Below, piece after piece: positions 21,066-30,826 of a stretch of 64,000 nt of DNA. A program made the position numbers and the translations under genes. Each line of letters starts with the position of its first letter. Within the stretch, counting starts at the first letter, position 1. Source of the stretch: Candidatus Marinacidobacterales bacterium (GTDB lineage: Bacteria > Acidobacteriota > Vicinamibacteria > Marinacidobacterales > SMYC01); assembly GCA_965224085.1 (NCBI GenBank), contig CBDCYI010000004.1, positions 781,170 through 845,169 on the forward strand, given 5' to 3'. The notes under the pieces were generated by a model, which was not told the DNA's origin, did not search any database, and was given only the letters and a program-made list of their open reading frames with translations.

Positions 21066-21328
21066 AGCCTCCGCACGAGCTCTATGGCGAAATGCTCCTC
21101 GGACAAGGCATGGAAGAAAAGGCGCTCGAGCAATTCGAGACCTCGCTTCTTCGCACGCCCAACCGGGCGCGCTCGCTTCTAGGGGGCGCGCGGGCGGCCG
21201 TCGCGAATGGCAAGACCGAGCTCGCACGGGAGTTCTACGAAGTCCTGGCGCACTTAGCGGGCGCCGGGCCGAACCTTCCCGGCCAGAACGAAGCGCAGCA
21301 ATACGTCGCATCCACGGAAGATCACTGA
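21062..21328 (+). CDS. TPR-like C-terminal segment, either a separate small ORF (GTGA overlap) or a frameshifted tail of the upstream gene
   Basis: HELYGEMLLGQGMEEKALEQFETSLLRTPNRA... reads as a TPR-type ending; frame +2 relative to the upstream gene. Confidence 0.35.
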   Translation: MKPPHELYGEMLLGQGMEEKALEQFETSLLRTPNRARSLLGGARAAVANGKTELAREFYEVLAHLAGAGPNLPGQNEAQQYVASTEDH

Positions 21329-21485
21329 AGCTGAGGTTGACGCGGTCGAATTTCATATCGATGCCGAAAGGCTGAAGGGCTTTCTCACCGAGATCGCCGC
21401 CTTCGGGAAACGGCCGGAAGGCGGGGTCTCCCGCCTCGGCTTCTCCGAGGCTGACGAGCAGGCGCGAGCTTGGCTCGTCGCCAAG

Positions 21486-22586
21486 ATGCAAGAGACCGGG
21501 CTCGACGTCTGGGTCGACGCTGCGGGAAACATCCACGGGCGGCGCGCCGGGTCGGAGCCCGGCCTCCCCGTCATTCTTTTCGGCTCCCATATCGATTCGG
21601 TCCCCGAAGGTGGGATTTTCGATGGCACGTTAGGGAGCCTCGGCGCTCTCGAAGTCCTGAAGACGTTTTCCGAGCGAGGCCGCGAGTCGCGCCATCCGCT
21701 TCAGATGGTCGTATGGGCCGACGAAGAGGGAGTTCATTTCGGGCAAGGCCTTTTCGGAAGCCGCGCGGCTACCGCGGGTCCACATCACAGCGAGCTCGAT
21801 CTGACGGGCTCAGACGGCAAGAGTCTCTCGGAGTGGCTCGAGCGCTATGGACAGCGCCCTTCGGAGATCGATTCGGCGGTCTTGAACCCGAGAGACTTCG
21901 CTGCTTACTTCGAGCTTCACATCGAGCAGGGTCCCAAGCTCGATCGCCAAAGTGTTCCCATCGGGATCGTCGAGGGTATCGTCGGTATCTACCGCTTCGA
22001 AGCGACCGTCGAGGGCTTTGCGAACCACGCAGGTACGACCCCCATGCATGAGCGGCGTGACGCCATGTTCTCGGCCGCGAAGCTCACGCAAGCCGTACGC
22101 GAAGAAGTGATGGCGAAGCCGGGCCGTCAAGTCGGCAATGTCGGCTCGTTGAAGGCTTTTCCTGGAGCACCGAACGTCATTCCAGGACGGGTTCAATTTC
22201 CTATCGAGCTTCGCGATATCGATGAAGCCGTCGTCATGGAGGTGCTCGGGCGCATTCGCGGCCGCGCCGCCGTCATCGCACGGGAGGACAGCACCACGAT
22301 CGGGATCGCACCTTTCGCCTCGGAGCGACCCGCCTCAACGGATACGGGACTCCAAGAGCAAATCCATCGCGCAGCGCGTGGTCTCGGCCTCGATACGATC
22401 CGGCTTCCAAGCGGCGCGGGGCATGACGCACAAAACGTGTCCAGCCACGGCATCCCGACAGGAATGATCTTCGTGCGCAGCAAAAACGGCGTGAGCCACA
22501 ATCCCAACGAGTGGACCGAATGGGACGACTGCGCGCGCGGAGTCGAAGTCCTCTATCAAGCCATCGCCGAGCTCGATGCCCGATAA
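21486..22586 (+). CDS. M20-family Zn-dependent amidohydrolase (N-carbamoyl-L-amino-acid / allantoate amidohydrolase-like)
   Basis: HIDSVPEGGIFDG metal-binding motif and M20 dimerisation domain. Conserved N-terminal residues (RLKGFLTEIAAFGKRPEGGVSRLGFS...) are encoded in frame upstream back to 21258, with no ATG/GTG/TTG start in that stretch. Confidence 0.8.
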   Translation: MQETGLDVWVDAAGNIHGRRAGSEPGLPVILFGSHIDSVPEGGIFDGTLGSLGALEVLKTFSERGRESRHPLQMVVWADEEGVHFGQGLFGSRAATAGPHHSELDLTGSDGKSLSEWLERYGQRPSEIDSAVLNPRDFAAYFELHIEQGPKLDRQSVPIGIVEGIVGIYRFEATVEGFANHAGTTPMHERRDAMFSAAKLTQAVREEVMAKPGRQVGNVGSLKAFPGAPNVIPGRVQFPIELRDIDEAVVMEVLGRIRGRAAVIAREDSTTIGIAPFASERPASTDTGLQEQIHRAARGLGLDTIRLPSGAGHDAQNVSSHGIPTGMIFVRSKNGVSHNPNEWTEWDDCARGVEVLYQAIAELDAR

Positions 22587-24213
22587 CGACGCGCTTCTGG
22601 CGCGCGCCCGCGCCTTTTTGGAGCACGATGTAGACCCGGACGATCGAGCAGAGCTCGAATCGCTTCTGAAAGCAGGCGATCGTGAGGAGCTGGCCGAGCG
22701 CTTCCGAGGCCTGCTTACTTTCGGGACCGCGGGGATCCGCGGGATCCTCGGCGCGGGCGAAAGCCGCATGAACCGCAGCCTCGTAATTCGCCTGACGCAT
22801 GGCCTCGTAAGTTATTTGCTCGAAGTAGTGCCGGACGCAGCGCGCCGCGGTATCGCCATCGAGCGGGACGGCCGTCATCGCTCCGAGGTCTTTCAGAAAG
22901 ACGTGGCCGCGGTCGCCGCTGCCCTCGGCGTGCGCGTCCACTGGATCGAAGGGCCCAACCCGACGCCGCTTCTCGCATTCGCCGTCAAACATTTGGGCGC
23001 CGCTGCGGGCATCGTGATTACGGCATCCCACAACCCACCGGAATATAACGGCTACAAGGTCTATTGGGAGAACGGCGCCCAGATCATTCCGCCCGTGGAC
23101 GCGGGGATCGCTGCCGCTATCGATGCGGCGCCTCCCGCCAACGCTATCCTGCGAGAGGAAAACTCGGCCCTCGTTGAGAAAGTTGATCTCATGGCGGACT
23201 ATCTCGACGCCGTCAACAGGCTCGCGCTCTCGAAGGAGACCGACACGTCGAGCTTCGCTGTCGCCTACTCCGCGCTACACGGCGTCGGACAACGGCTCTT
23301 TTTGGAAGCGCTCGGCCGTCGCGGCTTCAAGAAGCTCTTTCCCGTTTTCGAGCAGGCGGTACCGGATGGCGACTTCCCTACCGTTCGCTTTCCGAACCCG
23401 GAGGAGCCCGGAGCGCTCGACCTCGTCCTCGGTGAGGCAAAGCGCCACGGCTGCCCGCTCTTGCTCGTCAACGATCCCGATGCGGATCGACTCGGCGCGG
23501 CCGTGCGCGATCCTGAAGGACGCTACACCGCTTTGAGTGGCAACGAGGTTGGCGTTCTTTTGGCGTCCTACATCCTTGTACGCACGCGAGAAGAGATACC
23601 ACTCGTGGTCTCGACCGTCGTCTCGTCTCGTATGGTAGAGACGATGTGCTCCGAGCTCGGCGTGCGCTACGAGGACACGCTCACCGGCTTCAAATGGATC
23701 GCCAACGAAGCGTTGCGCCTCGAGGCGGTAGAAGGATGCCGTTTCGTCTTTGGCTTCGAAGAAGCGCTCGGCTACACCGTCGGAACGGTCGTGCGCGATA
23801 AAGACGGCATCAGCGCGGGCTTGCTGCTCGCGGAGATGGCGGCGGGGCTCGCGGAGAACGGCGAGACGCTTCTCGATGAGCTCGACCGGTTGCGCGAGCG
23901 CTACGGCCGCTTCGTGAGCCGTCAGAAGAGCTTCACGCTGACGGGTGAGGAGGGCGCGCGTGCCATCGAAGACGCCATGCGGAAGCTGCGGGACGAGCCG
24001 CTCGACCAGATTGCCTCCGAGCGGGTCCGCTTTCACATCAGGGACAGTGTCTTGATCTACGACCTCGAAGCCGGCGGGCGGATCGCCGTCCGCCCGAGCG
24101 GCACCGAGCCCAAGCTCAAGTTCTATCTCGAGCTCGTCGGCGCCGACGCCGAGTCTCGACTCGATGCCGTCGAACGTGACCTACTCCGCGCGGCGGGCCT
24201 CGAATCCCACTGA
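22576..24213 (+). CDS. Phosphoglucomutase/phosphomannomutase (alpha-D-phosphohexomutase family)
   Basis: GTAGIRG substrate loop, active-site TASHNPPEYNGYKVY, and a metal-binding loop. Confidence 0.9.
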   Translation: MPDNDALLARARAFLEHDVDPDDRAELESLLKAGDREELAERFRGLLTFGTAGIRGILGAGESRMNRSLVIRLTHGLVSYLLEVVPDAARRGIAIERDGRHRSEVFQKDVAAVAAALGVRVHWIEGPNPTPLLAFAVKHLGAAAGIVITASHNPPEYNGYKVYWENGAQIIPPVDAGIAAAIDAAPPANAILREENSALVEKVDLMADYLDAVNRLALSKETDTSSFAVAYSALHGVGQRLFLEALGRRGFKKLFPVFEQAVPDGDFPTVRFPNPEEPGALDLVLGEAKRHGCPLLLVNDPDADRLGAAVRDPEGRYTALSGNEVGVLLASYILVRTREEIPLVVSTVVSSRMVETMCSELGVRYEDTLTGFKWIANEALRLEAVEGCRFVFGFEEALGYTVGTVVRDKDGISAGLLLAEMAAGLAENGETLLDELDRLRERYGRFVSRQKSFTLTGEEGARAIEDAMRKLRDEPLDQIASERVRFHIRDSVLIYDLEAGGRIAVRPSGTEPKLKFYLELVGADAESRLDAVERDLLRAAGLESH

Positions 24214-24341
24214 TTCCAACGCTTCGGGAGGTTTGCCGTAGGCTCGCGTTCGGTCCCTGTCGCTAGACGAGCTGGACACATACTTGGAGCGCGTGCGCTC
24301 AGTTGAAACCCTCGAGGAAATGGGCCTCAGCTGACCCGTTT

Positions 24342-25330
24342 CTACGGCACCACCGAGAGCTCGAGGTACGACGCGTGCGACCGCGAGCGATAGATGGTGT
24401 GGGTCGCCGCCTGGAAATCGGATTCTTTGGCAGTGTAGATATCGACGAAGGTCTGCGGGTTGCGGTCGATGACAGGAAACCACGTGCTTTGAATTTGCAC
24501 CATTATGCGATGACCCTTCTCGAACGTATGGTTCCGGTCTCGCAGGCTGAACTCGATGGGAGTCGTCTGTAAAGGAACCAACGGCTGCGGGTGGGCGAAG
24601 CTGTTTCGGAACTTCGCACGCAACACTTCCCCCGCCAGAAGCATTCGAGAAAGAAGCGATAGCCATCCGGCGTCTTGTAGTCGAAGGCTTTCACGCGCTC
24701 GGTCGTCAGCTCGTCGCGCACTTGGGCGTTTTTGGAGAGCCAGCTAAAAGCATACATCAGACGGAACGCACCGTTGTGATGCCAATCGTCACCGATAAAC
24801 ATGTCCGAGGGTGAGGCTTGCGGGGAGGACGCCACGAGCGCCGGGTGCGCATCGATCATGCCCATGACGGTCTGGAATCCCGGATAGGATACACCGTATT
24901 GCCCAACTTTGCCGTTATGGTTCTCGACGTTTCCAAGGAGCCACTCGATCGTGTCGTAATTGTCAGTGCTGTCGTCGGATCCTCCGTCGGAGTCGTAGGC
25001 GCGCATTACGACGAACTCTCCCTCCGAGCGGAACTTTCCGCGGACATCCTGAAAGACGAATATGAACCCTTCTTCGTCGAAGGCCGGCGACGGACCGAGT
25101 TGATCTCGATATTCGTCCGGGCCATAGGGCGGGATGGAGTAGGGCGTGCGCAGCAACAAGATCGGATAAGTCTCGGAGCGTTCCTTCGGCTCGTAGAGGA
25201 TGGTGAAGAGCTGAACGCCGTCCCGCATCGGAACCATGACCTCGCGCTTCGTATAGTGCTCGCGGACGTCGAGCGCGGACGCGGCGGCGCTCGCGAGAAA
25301 CCATGCCGCCACGAGCCCGGCGCTTTTCAC
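24342..25330 (-). pseudogene. CocE/NonD (S15 X-Pro dipeptidyl-peptidase) family hydrolase remnant with an internal deletion and frameshift
   Basis: N-terminal 225 aa is intact (MRDGVQL, LLLRTPY, nucleophile GVSYPG). It then jumps, in a different frame, to the last ~100 aa of the CocE C-terminal beta-sandwich (KGHRIMVQIQSTWFPVIDRNPQ). The locus spans only ~330 codons against a family norm of >550. Confidence 0.55.
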
Positions 25331-26736
25331 TTCAACCCCACGAGTCCATCCACCGAGTCGATGAGCTTTTTCGAGTCGTAGCCCACGCCATCCTTGAAGA
25401 CCGTAATCACGTTTCGGATCTCGTTAGGCCGCGCCACCGGGTCCCCTTGGATGACGACGAGGTCGGCGATCTTCCCTACCTCGACGGAGCCTAGATCCTC
25501 GTCCACGCTCAGCACTTTCGCACCGTTTAGCGCAATGATTTGAATCGTCTCCGCGGGCGTGAACTCCGCCTCGAGCAAGAGCTCGTAGTTTCTCTGATCG
25601 CCAAATCCCGGAAGGGCACCGCCATTTCCCGTAGGGTCGACACCGGAGGCAAGCAAGCCGCCCGCTTTGAAGAAAGCGTACTCGAACGCTTGCGCCCGCG
25701 GGAAGAGATCCGCCATCACGGAATCGCTCGCTTGCTTGTTGATCTCCTCGCGACGCGCCAAGTATTCGTCGCGCGCGCCCGGAGCCAGGGCTGTCATCGT
25801 GCGGGCGTCGAGAGGCGGGCGATCGGGAACAGAGAGCTCATAGACGGCAAGGGTCGACGTCATGGCAACCTCGTTTCGGATCATGTGGTCGATCGTCGCC
25901 TTCACCGGCTCGCTATCGATGTCGATCGTCCTCAAGCTGTCGCGAAATCCAGGTGGACACTCATCGGGCTTCTTGTCCTCGTCATATTCCGTATTCGCGA
26001 AAAAACCGTGCTCGAGGCTGTCAATGCCGAGGTCGACGGCTTCACGATACGTGACCGAGCACAAATGCCCGGTGAATTTCAAGCCGCGGCTATGCGCTTC
26101 TTCGATCGCCGCTCTGAGCTCCGCTCGAGAGATACGGGTATAAGCCTTGAACCACGTCGCACCTTCTTCGGCCCAATAGGCGACGACGCGCTTCGCGTCT
26201 TCCGGCGTTCCTACTTGGGTCATGTAGGTGCTCGCGCCCGGGCCGGTGATGTAGGGGCCCGTTACGTGCATCCTCGGGCCGACGATCTCGCCTTGCTCAA
26301 CGGCGCGCTTCATGTTGATCTCGCTATAGGGCGAGTAACTTCCCGTGGTGCGGATCGTCGTCACCCCGCTCGCTAGGTAGAGTCGCGGTGAGGTCACGTT
26401 CATCTGAGATTGGCGCGCGGAAGTTGTATAGAACGTGTGGTTGTGCACGCCGACGAGGCCGGGAATGACGGTGTACCCGGAGAGATCGAGTCGCTCGGCG
26501 CCGTCTGGAATGGGCACGTTGTCGCCTACCGCACGGATACGCGCATTCTCGACGAGGATCGTTTGGCCGGACTTCGGCGCCACGCCCGTACCGTCGATCA
26601 ATTGAACGCCGACGAGCGCCACAACGGGCGCATCTACGCTTACAAAAGCGCGCGCTTGCTCCGAGAGCTGGCTTGCGGGCTGCGCCATCGCCCAAGCGGG
26701 AGAGAATATCAAAAACGCTAGAAAGCATTTACGCAC
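25327..26736 (-). CDS. Secreted metal-dependent amidohydrolase (COG1228-like)
   Basis: Signal peptide, VIPGLVGVHNHTF metal-binding motif, and amidohydrolase fold motifs. Confidence 0.8.
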   Translation of the reverse strand: MRKCFLAFLIFSPAWAMAQPASQLSEQARAFVSVDAPVVALVGVQLIDGTGVAPKSGQTILVENARIRAVGDNVPIPDGAERLDLSGYTVIPGLVGVHNHTFYTTSARQSQMNVTSPRLYLASGVTTIRTTGSYSPYSEINMKRAVEQGEIVGPRMHVTGPYITGPGASTYMTQVGTPEDAKRVVAYWAEEGATWFKAYTRISRAELRAAIEEAHSRGLKFTGHLCSVTYREAVDLGIDSLEHGFFANTEYDEDKKPDECPPGFRDSLRTIDIDSEPVKATIDHMIRNEVAMTSTLAVYELSVPDRPPLDARTMTALAPGARDEYLARREEINKQASDSVMADLFPRAQAFEYAFFKAGGLLASGVDPTGNGGALPGFGDQRNYELLLEAEFTPAETIQIIALNGAKVLSVDEDLGSVEVGKIADLVVIQGDPVARPNEIRNVITVFKDGVGYDSKKLIDSVDGLVGLK

Positions 26737-26749
26737 GGGACCTCCTTGT

Positions 26750-28798
26750 TTACTCGACGTTGAAGACGAGCTTCATGCCGGTCTCGAGGTGTTCGGCAAT
26801 GTGGCAATGCGCCATCCATTGCCCTGGGTTCGAAAGCTCCAAAAGAATGTCGGCCGTCTCGCCCACGCTCAAAAGCATTGTGTCCTTCCAAACGAGGTTG
26901 TCGTTTGGGGCTCCGTTTCGCGACAGCACGAGAAAGCGCTGGCCGTGAATATGGAAAGGATGCTGCATCGCGTGGATGGCTTCCCGGTCATTGACGAGAC
27001 GGATCTTGACGGCGTCGCCGACGTCGAAGCGCCAATCGATATCCATGTTCTCCTTGCCGGAATCCGTATCGCGTAAGATCCAAGTGGCTTCTCGGCTCGT
27101 GGAGGTGAAGTTCATCATCGGCATCGTGCCGCTCCACTCAACAGGGGTGAAAAAAATGCGGTCGGCCCGCATCCGTTGCATGAGCTTTGGTGGCAAGTCC
27201 GAGACTCGTAGGGTGAAGACGAGCTCGCGATCCACGGGTCGGTCGAAAACGGCGCGGTAAGGTGCTACGTCCCGCACCACATCGTCATGCGTGCGGAGCT
27301 TCCGGAAGGTATCACGAAGACTTGACCCCGCCGCCTCGCCTGAGACATTGATCGTCCCGAGCTCGGTACGCTCCGCGAAGAAGCTCCCGAAGCTATGGTC
27401 GAGAATCTGCACGTGGTTCACGAGCGGCGAGGTCTCGTCGAACAACACTTCGACGATGTAGCGCTCGGCTGGTGCTACGACGACCGATTCCGCCCAGACT
27501 TCTTTCTCGAACTTCCCAAGATCGGAGCCGACCACTTTGATGCGAGACTTGCCGAACGACAAATTGTACGTCCGCGTGTTCGACACATTCGTGAGAAAGA
27601 AACGGACGACTTCGCCCTTGTGGACGGCGAGCTCGTATTTCGGCTCGCCGTTCACGAGGAGCACGTTCCCGAAACGGCCCATCAGCGCGTGCGTCGCCGC
27701 CTCCGTACCGAAAGGAAGAAGACCGTGCTCGCCGACGAGCAGATCATCGAGCATCAGGACCTCTTCCCGATGCACGTCGTTGAAGAAATCCGGCTCGGGC
27801 GAGCTTACGAGCATGTTTCCGTACAGCCCGAGATCTTGCTGAATGTCCTCGCGATGATGGGGGTGGTACCAATAGAGGCCCGCATCGCGAAAGAAAATCC
27901 GGTACTCGAAGCTCTCGTTCGGCTCGACCGGAGCTTGCGTGACGCCGACAACGCCATCGTAGCGGTTTTCGAGCCGCACCCCGTGCCAATGCACCGAGGT
28001 CGGTAGGTCGGTTCGATTCGTGAAGTTCACCGTGATCGTCGCGTTCTGTTCGACGGCGATGAGCGGCCCAGGATACTGGCCGTTGAAGCCGTACATGATG
28101 GTGTTGTGGCCATGAATCGTACGGCGGACGAGGCCCGCTTCTAGACGAAGCGCCTGTCCATCCGCAAGACGCACGAGCTCTCGCGGCCGTGCGGTCGGCA
28201 CGTCCTGGCCTCGATCGACCTTCGGTAGGAACGGTTTCACGTCCGGCCTCAAGTCTTCGAGCCCCGGGATCATTGCGATCTGCGGGTGCATCGGCGGGTG
28301 TGGCCACGCGCCCACGTGCGCGCTAGCGCCCGCATCCACGGGTGGCAGCATCAAGTGGTTGTCGGGCTGAATGCTCATGCTCGGCGACCGGCCGCGCAGG
28401 ACCAAGCGTCCCTCGCGGGTCACGACATCCCGCGACGCTTCGGCAGAAACGAGCACGACGAACTGATTCAGCTCGACCCGGCCGAGATGGAGGTTGTCGC
28501 CGTTTTTCACCTCGCCGAGCTTGATGAGTGGATGCATCAAGGGCGTCGTTACCCAGGCGACATAAGTCGCGTAGGCGCCGAGGCTTTTCGGATCGGGGAG
28601 TCCCGAAAGTGCTAGCGAGAGCTCGTAACGATGATGCCCTTCCGCCGTCACTGCGATCCCGAAAGGTGTTCGCGCCCAGCCGAGCTCGGCCGTCCCGGCC
28701 ACGTTTCGCAGGTCGGGCGTCGGAACGAGATCGATCGTGTAGATATCGGGATGGCCCGCTTGCGTGAGCGCGAGAAAGGCCAGAAAGACCGCTCCCAT
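26750..28798 (-). CDS. Multicopper oxidase with a long N-terminal extension
   Basis: Copper sites VHWHGVRLENRYDG, WYHPH, HPFHIHGQRF, and MAHCHIAEHLETGM. Start taken at the ATG 28796-28798 (MGAVFLAFLAL, signal/TM-like); the longer ORF to 28960 would overlap the divergent oxidoreductase. Confidence 0.8.
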   Translation of the reverse strand: MGAVFLAFLALTQAGHPDIYTIDLVPTPDLRNVAGTAELGWARTPFGIAVTAEGHHRYELSLALSGLPDPKSLGAYATYVAWVTTPLMHPLIKLGEVKNGDNLHLGRVELNQFVVLVSAEASRDVVTREGRLVLRGRSPSMSIQPDNHLMLPPVDAGASAHVGAWPHPPMHPQIAMIPGLEDLRPDVKPFLPKVDRGQDVPTARPRELVRLADGQALRLEAGLVRRTIHGHNTIMYGFNGQYPGPLIAVEQNATITVNFTNRTDLPTSVHWHGVRLENRYDGVVGVTQAPVEPNESFEYRIFFRDAGLYWYHPHHREDIQQDLGLYGNMLVSSPEPDFFNDVHREEVLMLDDLLVGEHGLLPFGTEAATHALMGRFGNVLLVNGEPKYELAVHKGEVVRFFLTNVSNTRTYNLSFGKSRIKVVGSDLGKFEKEVWAESVVVAPAERYIVEVLFDETSPLVNHVQILDHSFGSFFAERTELGTINVSGEAAGSSLRDTFRKLRTHDDVVRDVAPYRAVFDRPVDRELVFTLRVSDLPPKLMQRMRADRIFFTPVEWSGTMPMMNFTSTSREATWILRDTDSGKENMDIDWRFDVGDAVKIRLVNDREAIHAMQHPFHIHGQRFLVLSRNGAPNDNLVWKDTMLLSVGETADILLELSNPGQWMAHCHIAEHLETGMKLVFNVE

Positions 28799-28837
28799 GG
28801 CAGCGGAGTATATCGCGATCGGATACGATGACACGCC

Positions 28838-29848
28838 GTGAAAGCTGCTGTCATCGAGAAACAAGGCGCCCTCGAAAACCTCGTCTACCGTGACTGGCCC
28901 GATCCCGAGCCGGGTCCGAACGACATTGTCGTCCGCGTTGCCGCCTGCGGGCTCAACCACCTCGACATTTTCGTCCGTCGAGGCATGCCTGGCCTTCCCG
29001 TAGCCGTCCCTTTCATTTCAGGCGGCGACATTGCAGGCACCGTGCACAGGTTAGGCGACCGGGTCAAAAGCGTCCACCTCGGCGACCGCGTCCTCCTGAA
29101 CCCGTCCTCCGAAGAGGGCATGCTAGGCGAAACGCTCCCCGGTGGCATGGCCGAGCTCGTACGCTCCCGAGCATCCCACGCGCTCCCTATCCCGCCCGGC
29201 GTCGACTTCGACGGCGCCGCCTGTCTTCCCGTCGCCTACGGCACGGCGTGGCAGATGCTGCGCGAGCGCACGACGATCGAAAAAGGCGAAACCGTGCTCG
29301 TGCTCGGCGCGAGCGGCGGCGTGGGCACCGCTTGCATTCAGATCGCCAAGAGGCTCGGTGCCCGCGTCATCGCCTGTACGAGCTCTGAGGCGAAAGGCCA
29401 AAAACTCAAGGCGCTCGGCGCCGATGACATCATCCATACGAGCCGAACGGATTTCAGCCGCGAGGCGTGGCGGCTCTCCGGAAAAAAGGGCGTCGACGTC
29501 GTCGTGAATTACACGGGTGGCGACACGTGGGTGCCTTCGCTCAAAACACTCAGAAAACGCGGCCGGCTTCTCACTTGCGGCGCCACAGCCGGTTTCGAAC
29601 CGCCCACCGATATTCGCTATATCTGGGTGCGAGAGCTGAGCATACTCGGCTCGGACGGCTGGACGACGGAGGGCATCCGCGAGCTTCTCGACGAAGTGGC
29701 CGCGGGACGTATCACGCCTACTCGACGAAGTGGCCGCGGGACGTATCACGCCTATCATCGTCGCGTGCTCCCACTCACCGAGGCGCGCGAGGGTGAGAAG
29801 CTTCTCGAAGACCGCGCCGTCTTTGGAAAGGTGATTTTGAGACCGTGA
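28838..29848 (+). CDS. Zn-dependent/quinone oxidoreductase (MDR superfamily)
   Basis: GroES-like and Rossmann domains (VLVLGASGGVGTACIQIAK). The C-terminus contains a 34-bp tandem duplication at 29687-29754. Confidence 0.8.
   Translation: MKAAVIEKQGALENLVYRDWPDPEPGPNDIVVRVAACGLNHLDIFVRRGMPGLPVAVPFISGGDIAGTVHRLGDRVKSVHLGDRVLLNPSSEEGMLGETLPGGMAELVRSRASHALPIPPGVDFDGAACLPVAYGTAWQMLRERTTIEKGETVLVLGASGGVGTACIQIAKRLGARVIACTSSEAKGQKLKALGADDIIHTSRTDFSREAWRLSGKKGVDVVVNYTGGDTWVPSLKTLRKRGRLLTCGATAGFEPPTDIRYIWVRELSILGSDGWTTEGIRELLDEVAAGRITPTRRSGRGTYHAYHRRVLPLTEAREGEKLLEDRAVFGKVILRP
29687..29754. repeat. Perfect 34-bp tandem duplication (CTCGACGAAGTGGCCGCGGGACGTATCACGCCTA x2) inside the oxidoreductase CDS
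   Basis: Read directly: copy 1 at 29687-29720, copy 2 at 29721-29754. Confidence 0.95.
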
Positions 29849-30257
29849 CCGATTGGACCCTCGCAAGCCTTCAAGAAGCTCTCGACGATCCGCCCTATCA
29901 ACGCTTTTTGGGATTGAGAGCGGTCGCGATGGATCCGGAAGCGGGCACGATAACCCTGGCACTGCCCTTCAAGCGCGAACTGTGCCCTCGTCCAAAGTGC
30001 CCGAGATCCATGGCGGCGTCACGGCCGCGCTCATCGGTATCGCCGGAGACTATGCGCTTGCGATCCGGTCGGGCGATCTCGTTCCGACGATCGATCTGCG
30101 TATCGACTATCTGCGCATGGCGGTCGAGACCGAGCTCACCGCGACTGCACGCGTAGTCAAAATGGGGCGCACGCTCGGCATCGTCGACGTCGAGGTCCAA
30201 GACAAAGACGGCCGGCTCGTCGCTATAGGCCGCGGAACGTACTATGTGAAGCGCTGA
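29845..30257 (+). pseudogene. PaaI-like hotdog-fold thioesterase with an apparent -1 frameshift near 29960-29995
   Basis: N-terminus (MTDWTLASLQEALDDPPYQRFLGL...ITLALPFKREL) is in one frame; the catalytic core (IHGGVTAALIGIAGDYA...DLRIDYLRM...GRLVAIGRGTYYV) is in the -1 frame. GTG start overlaps the upstream stop (GTGA). Confidence 0.6.
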
Positions 30258-30346
30258 GAGAGTTCTCGGCAAGAACACGTTTGCATCCTCCACCGACAGC
30301 AGGTCACAATCTGGGAAAATCCATGTGCCGGTATTAGGAGTGCGTC

Positions 30347-30826
30347 ATGAAGCGCCTGTTTTGGATCATGCTTGCAACGTTGCTGGCTTCCTCGGCGACT
30401 GCACAATCACTCGCCGAGATCGCTAAAAAAGAAAAAGAGCGTCGCGCGAATAACGGCGCGGAGCAAACGCAGACGATCACCGAAATTGATCTGGCCAGAA
30501 ACTTGCGTGGACCGATGACGATCTCTACCGCAGCGTCCGCAACGGTTGAAGACAGGAGCGCAGACGAGGAAGACGAGGGTGACGCTGCGCCCGAACCTGA
30601 AGACCCGAGGCAGACGGCGGAGTATTGGCGCAATCGTCTCTCGGGCGTGGATCAGAGGATCCAGACGCTCGAGCAACAGCTTCAAAGTCCGCTCTATACG
30701 TCCGATCCACGCGGCGCGCCACGGAGACAGCGTCTCGAGCAGCAACTCGCTCAGGCGCAATCGGAGCGCGCCGCCATCGTCGAAGAAGCCCGCCGCGCCG
30801 GCGCCCCGCCAGGCTGGCTGCGCTAG
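30347..30826 (+). CDS. Secreted hypothetical protein with an acidic, low-complexity middle region
   Basis: Signal peptide MKRLFWIMLATLLASSATA; no domain recognised. Confidence 0.5.
   Translation: MKRLFWIMLATLLASSATAQSLAEIAKKEKERRANNGAEQTQTITEIDLARNLRGPMTISTAASATVEDRSADEEDEGDAAPEPEDPRQTAEYWRNRLSGVDQRIQTLEQQLQSPLYTSDPRGAPRRQRLEQQLAQAQSERAAIVEEARRAGAPPGWLR

Noticed and set aside
20460-21590. 376-aa minus-strand ORF across the TPR protein and amidohydrolase start
   Set aside because: Antisense, Arg/Pro-rich, no domain. It was not used to explain the missing amidohydrolase start.
26750-28960. Multicopper oxidase start at 28960
   Set aside because: It would overlap the divergent oxidoreductase gene by 120 bp. 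The internal ATG at 28798 gives a signal-peptide-like N-terminus and a clean 40-bp intergenic gap.
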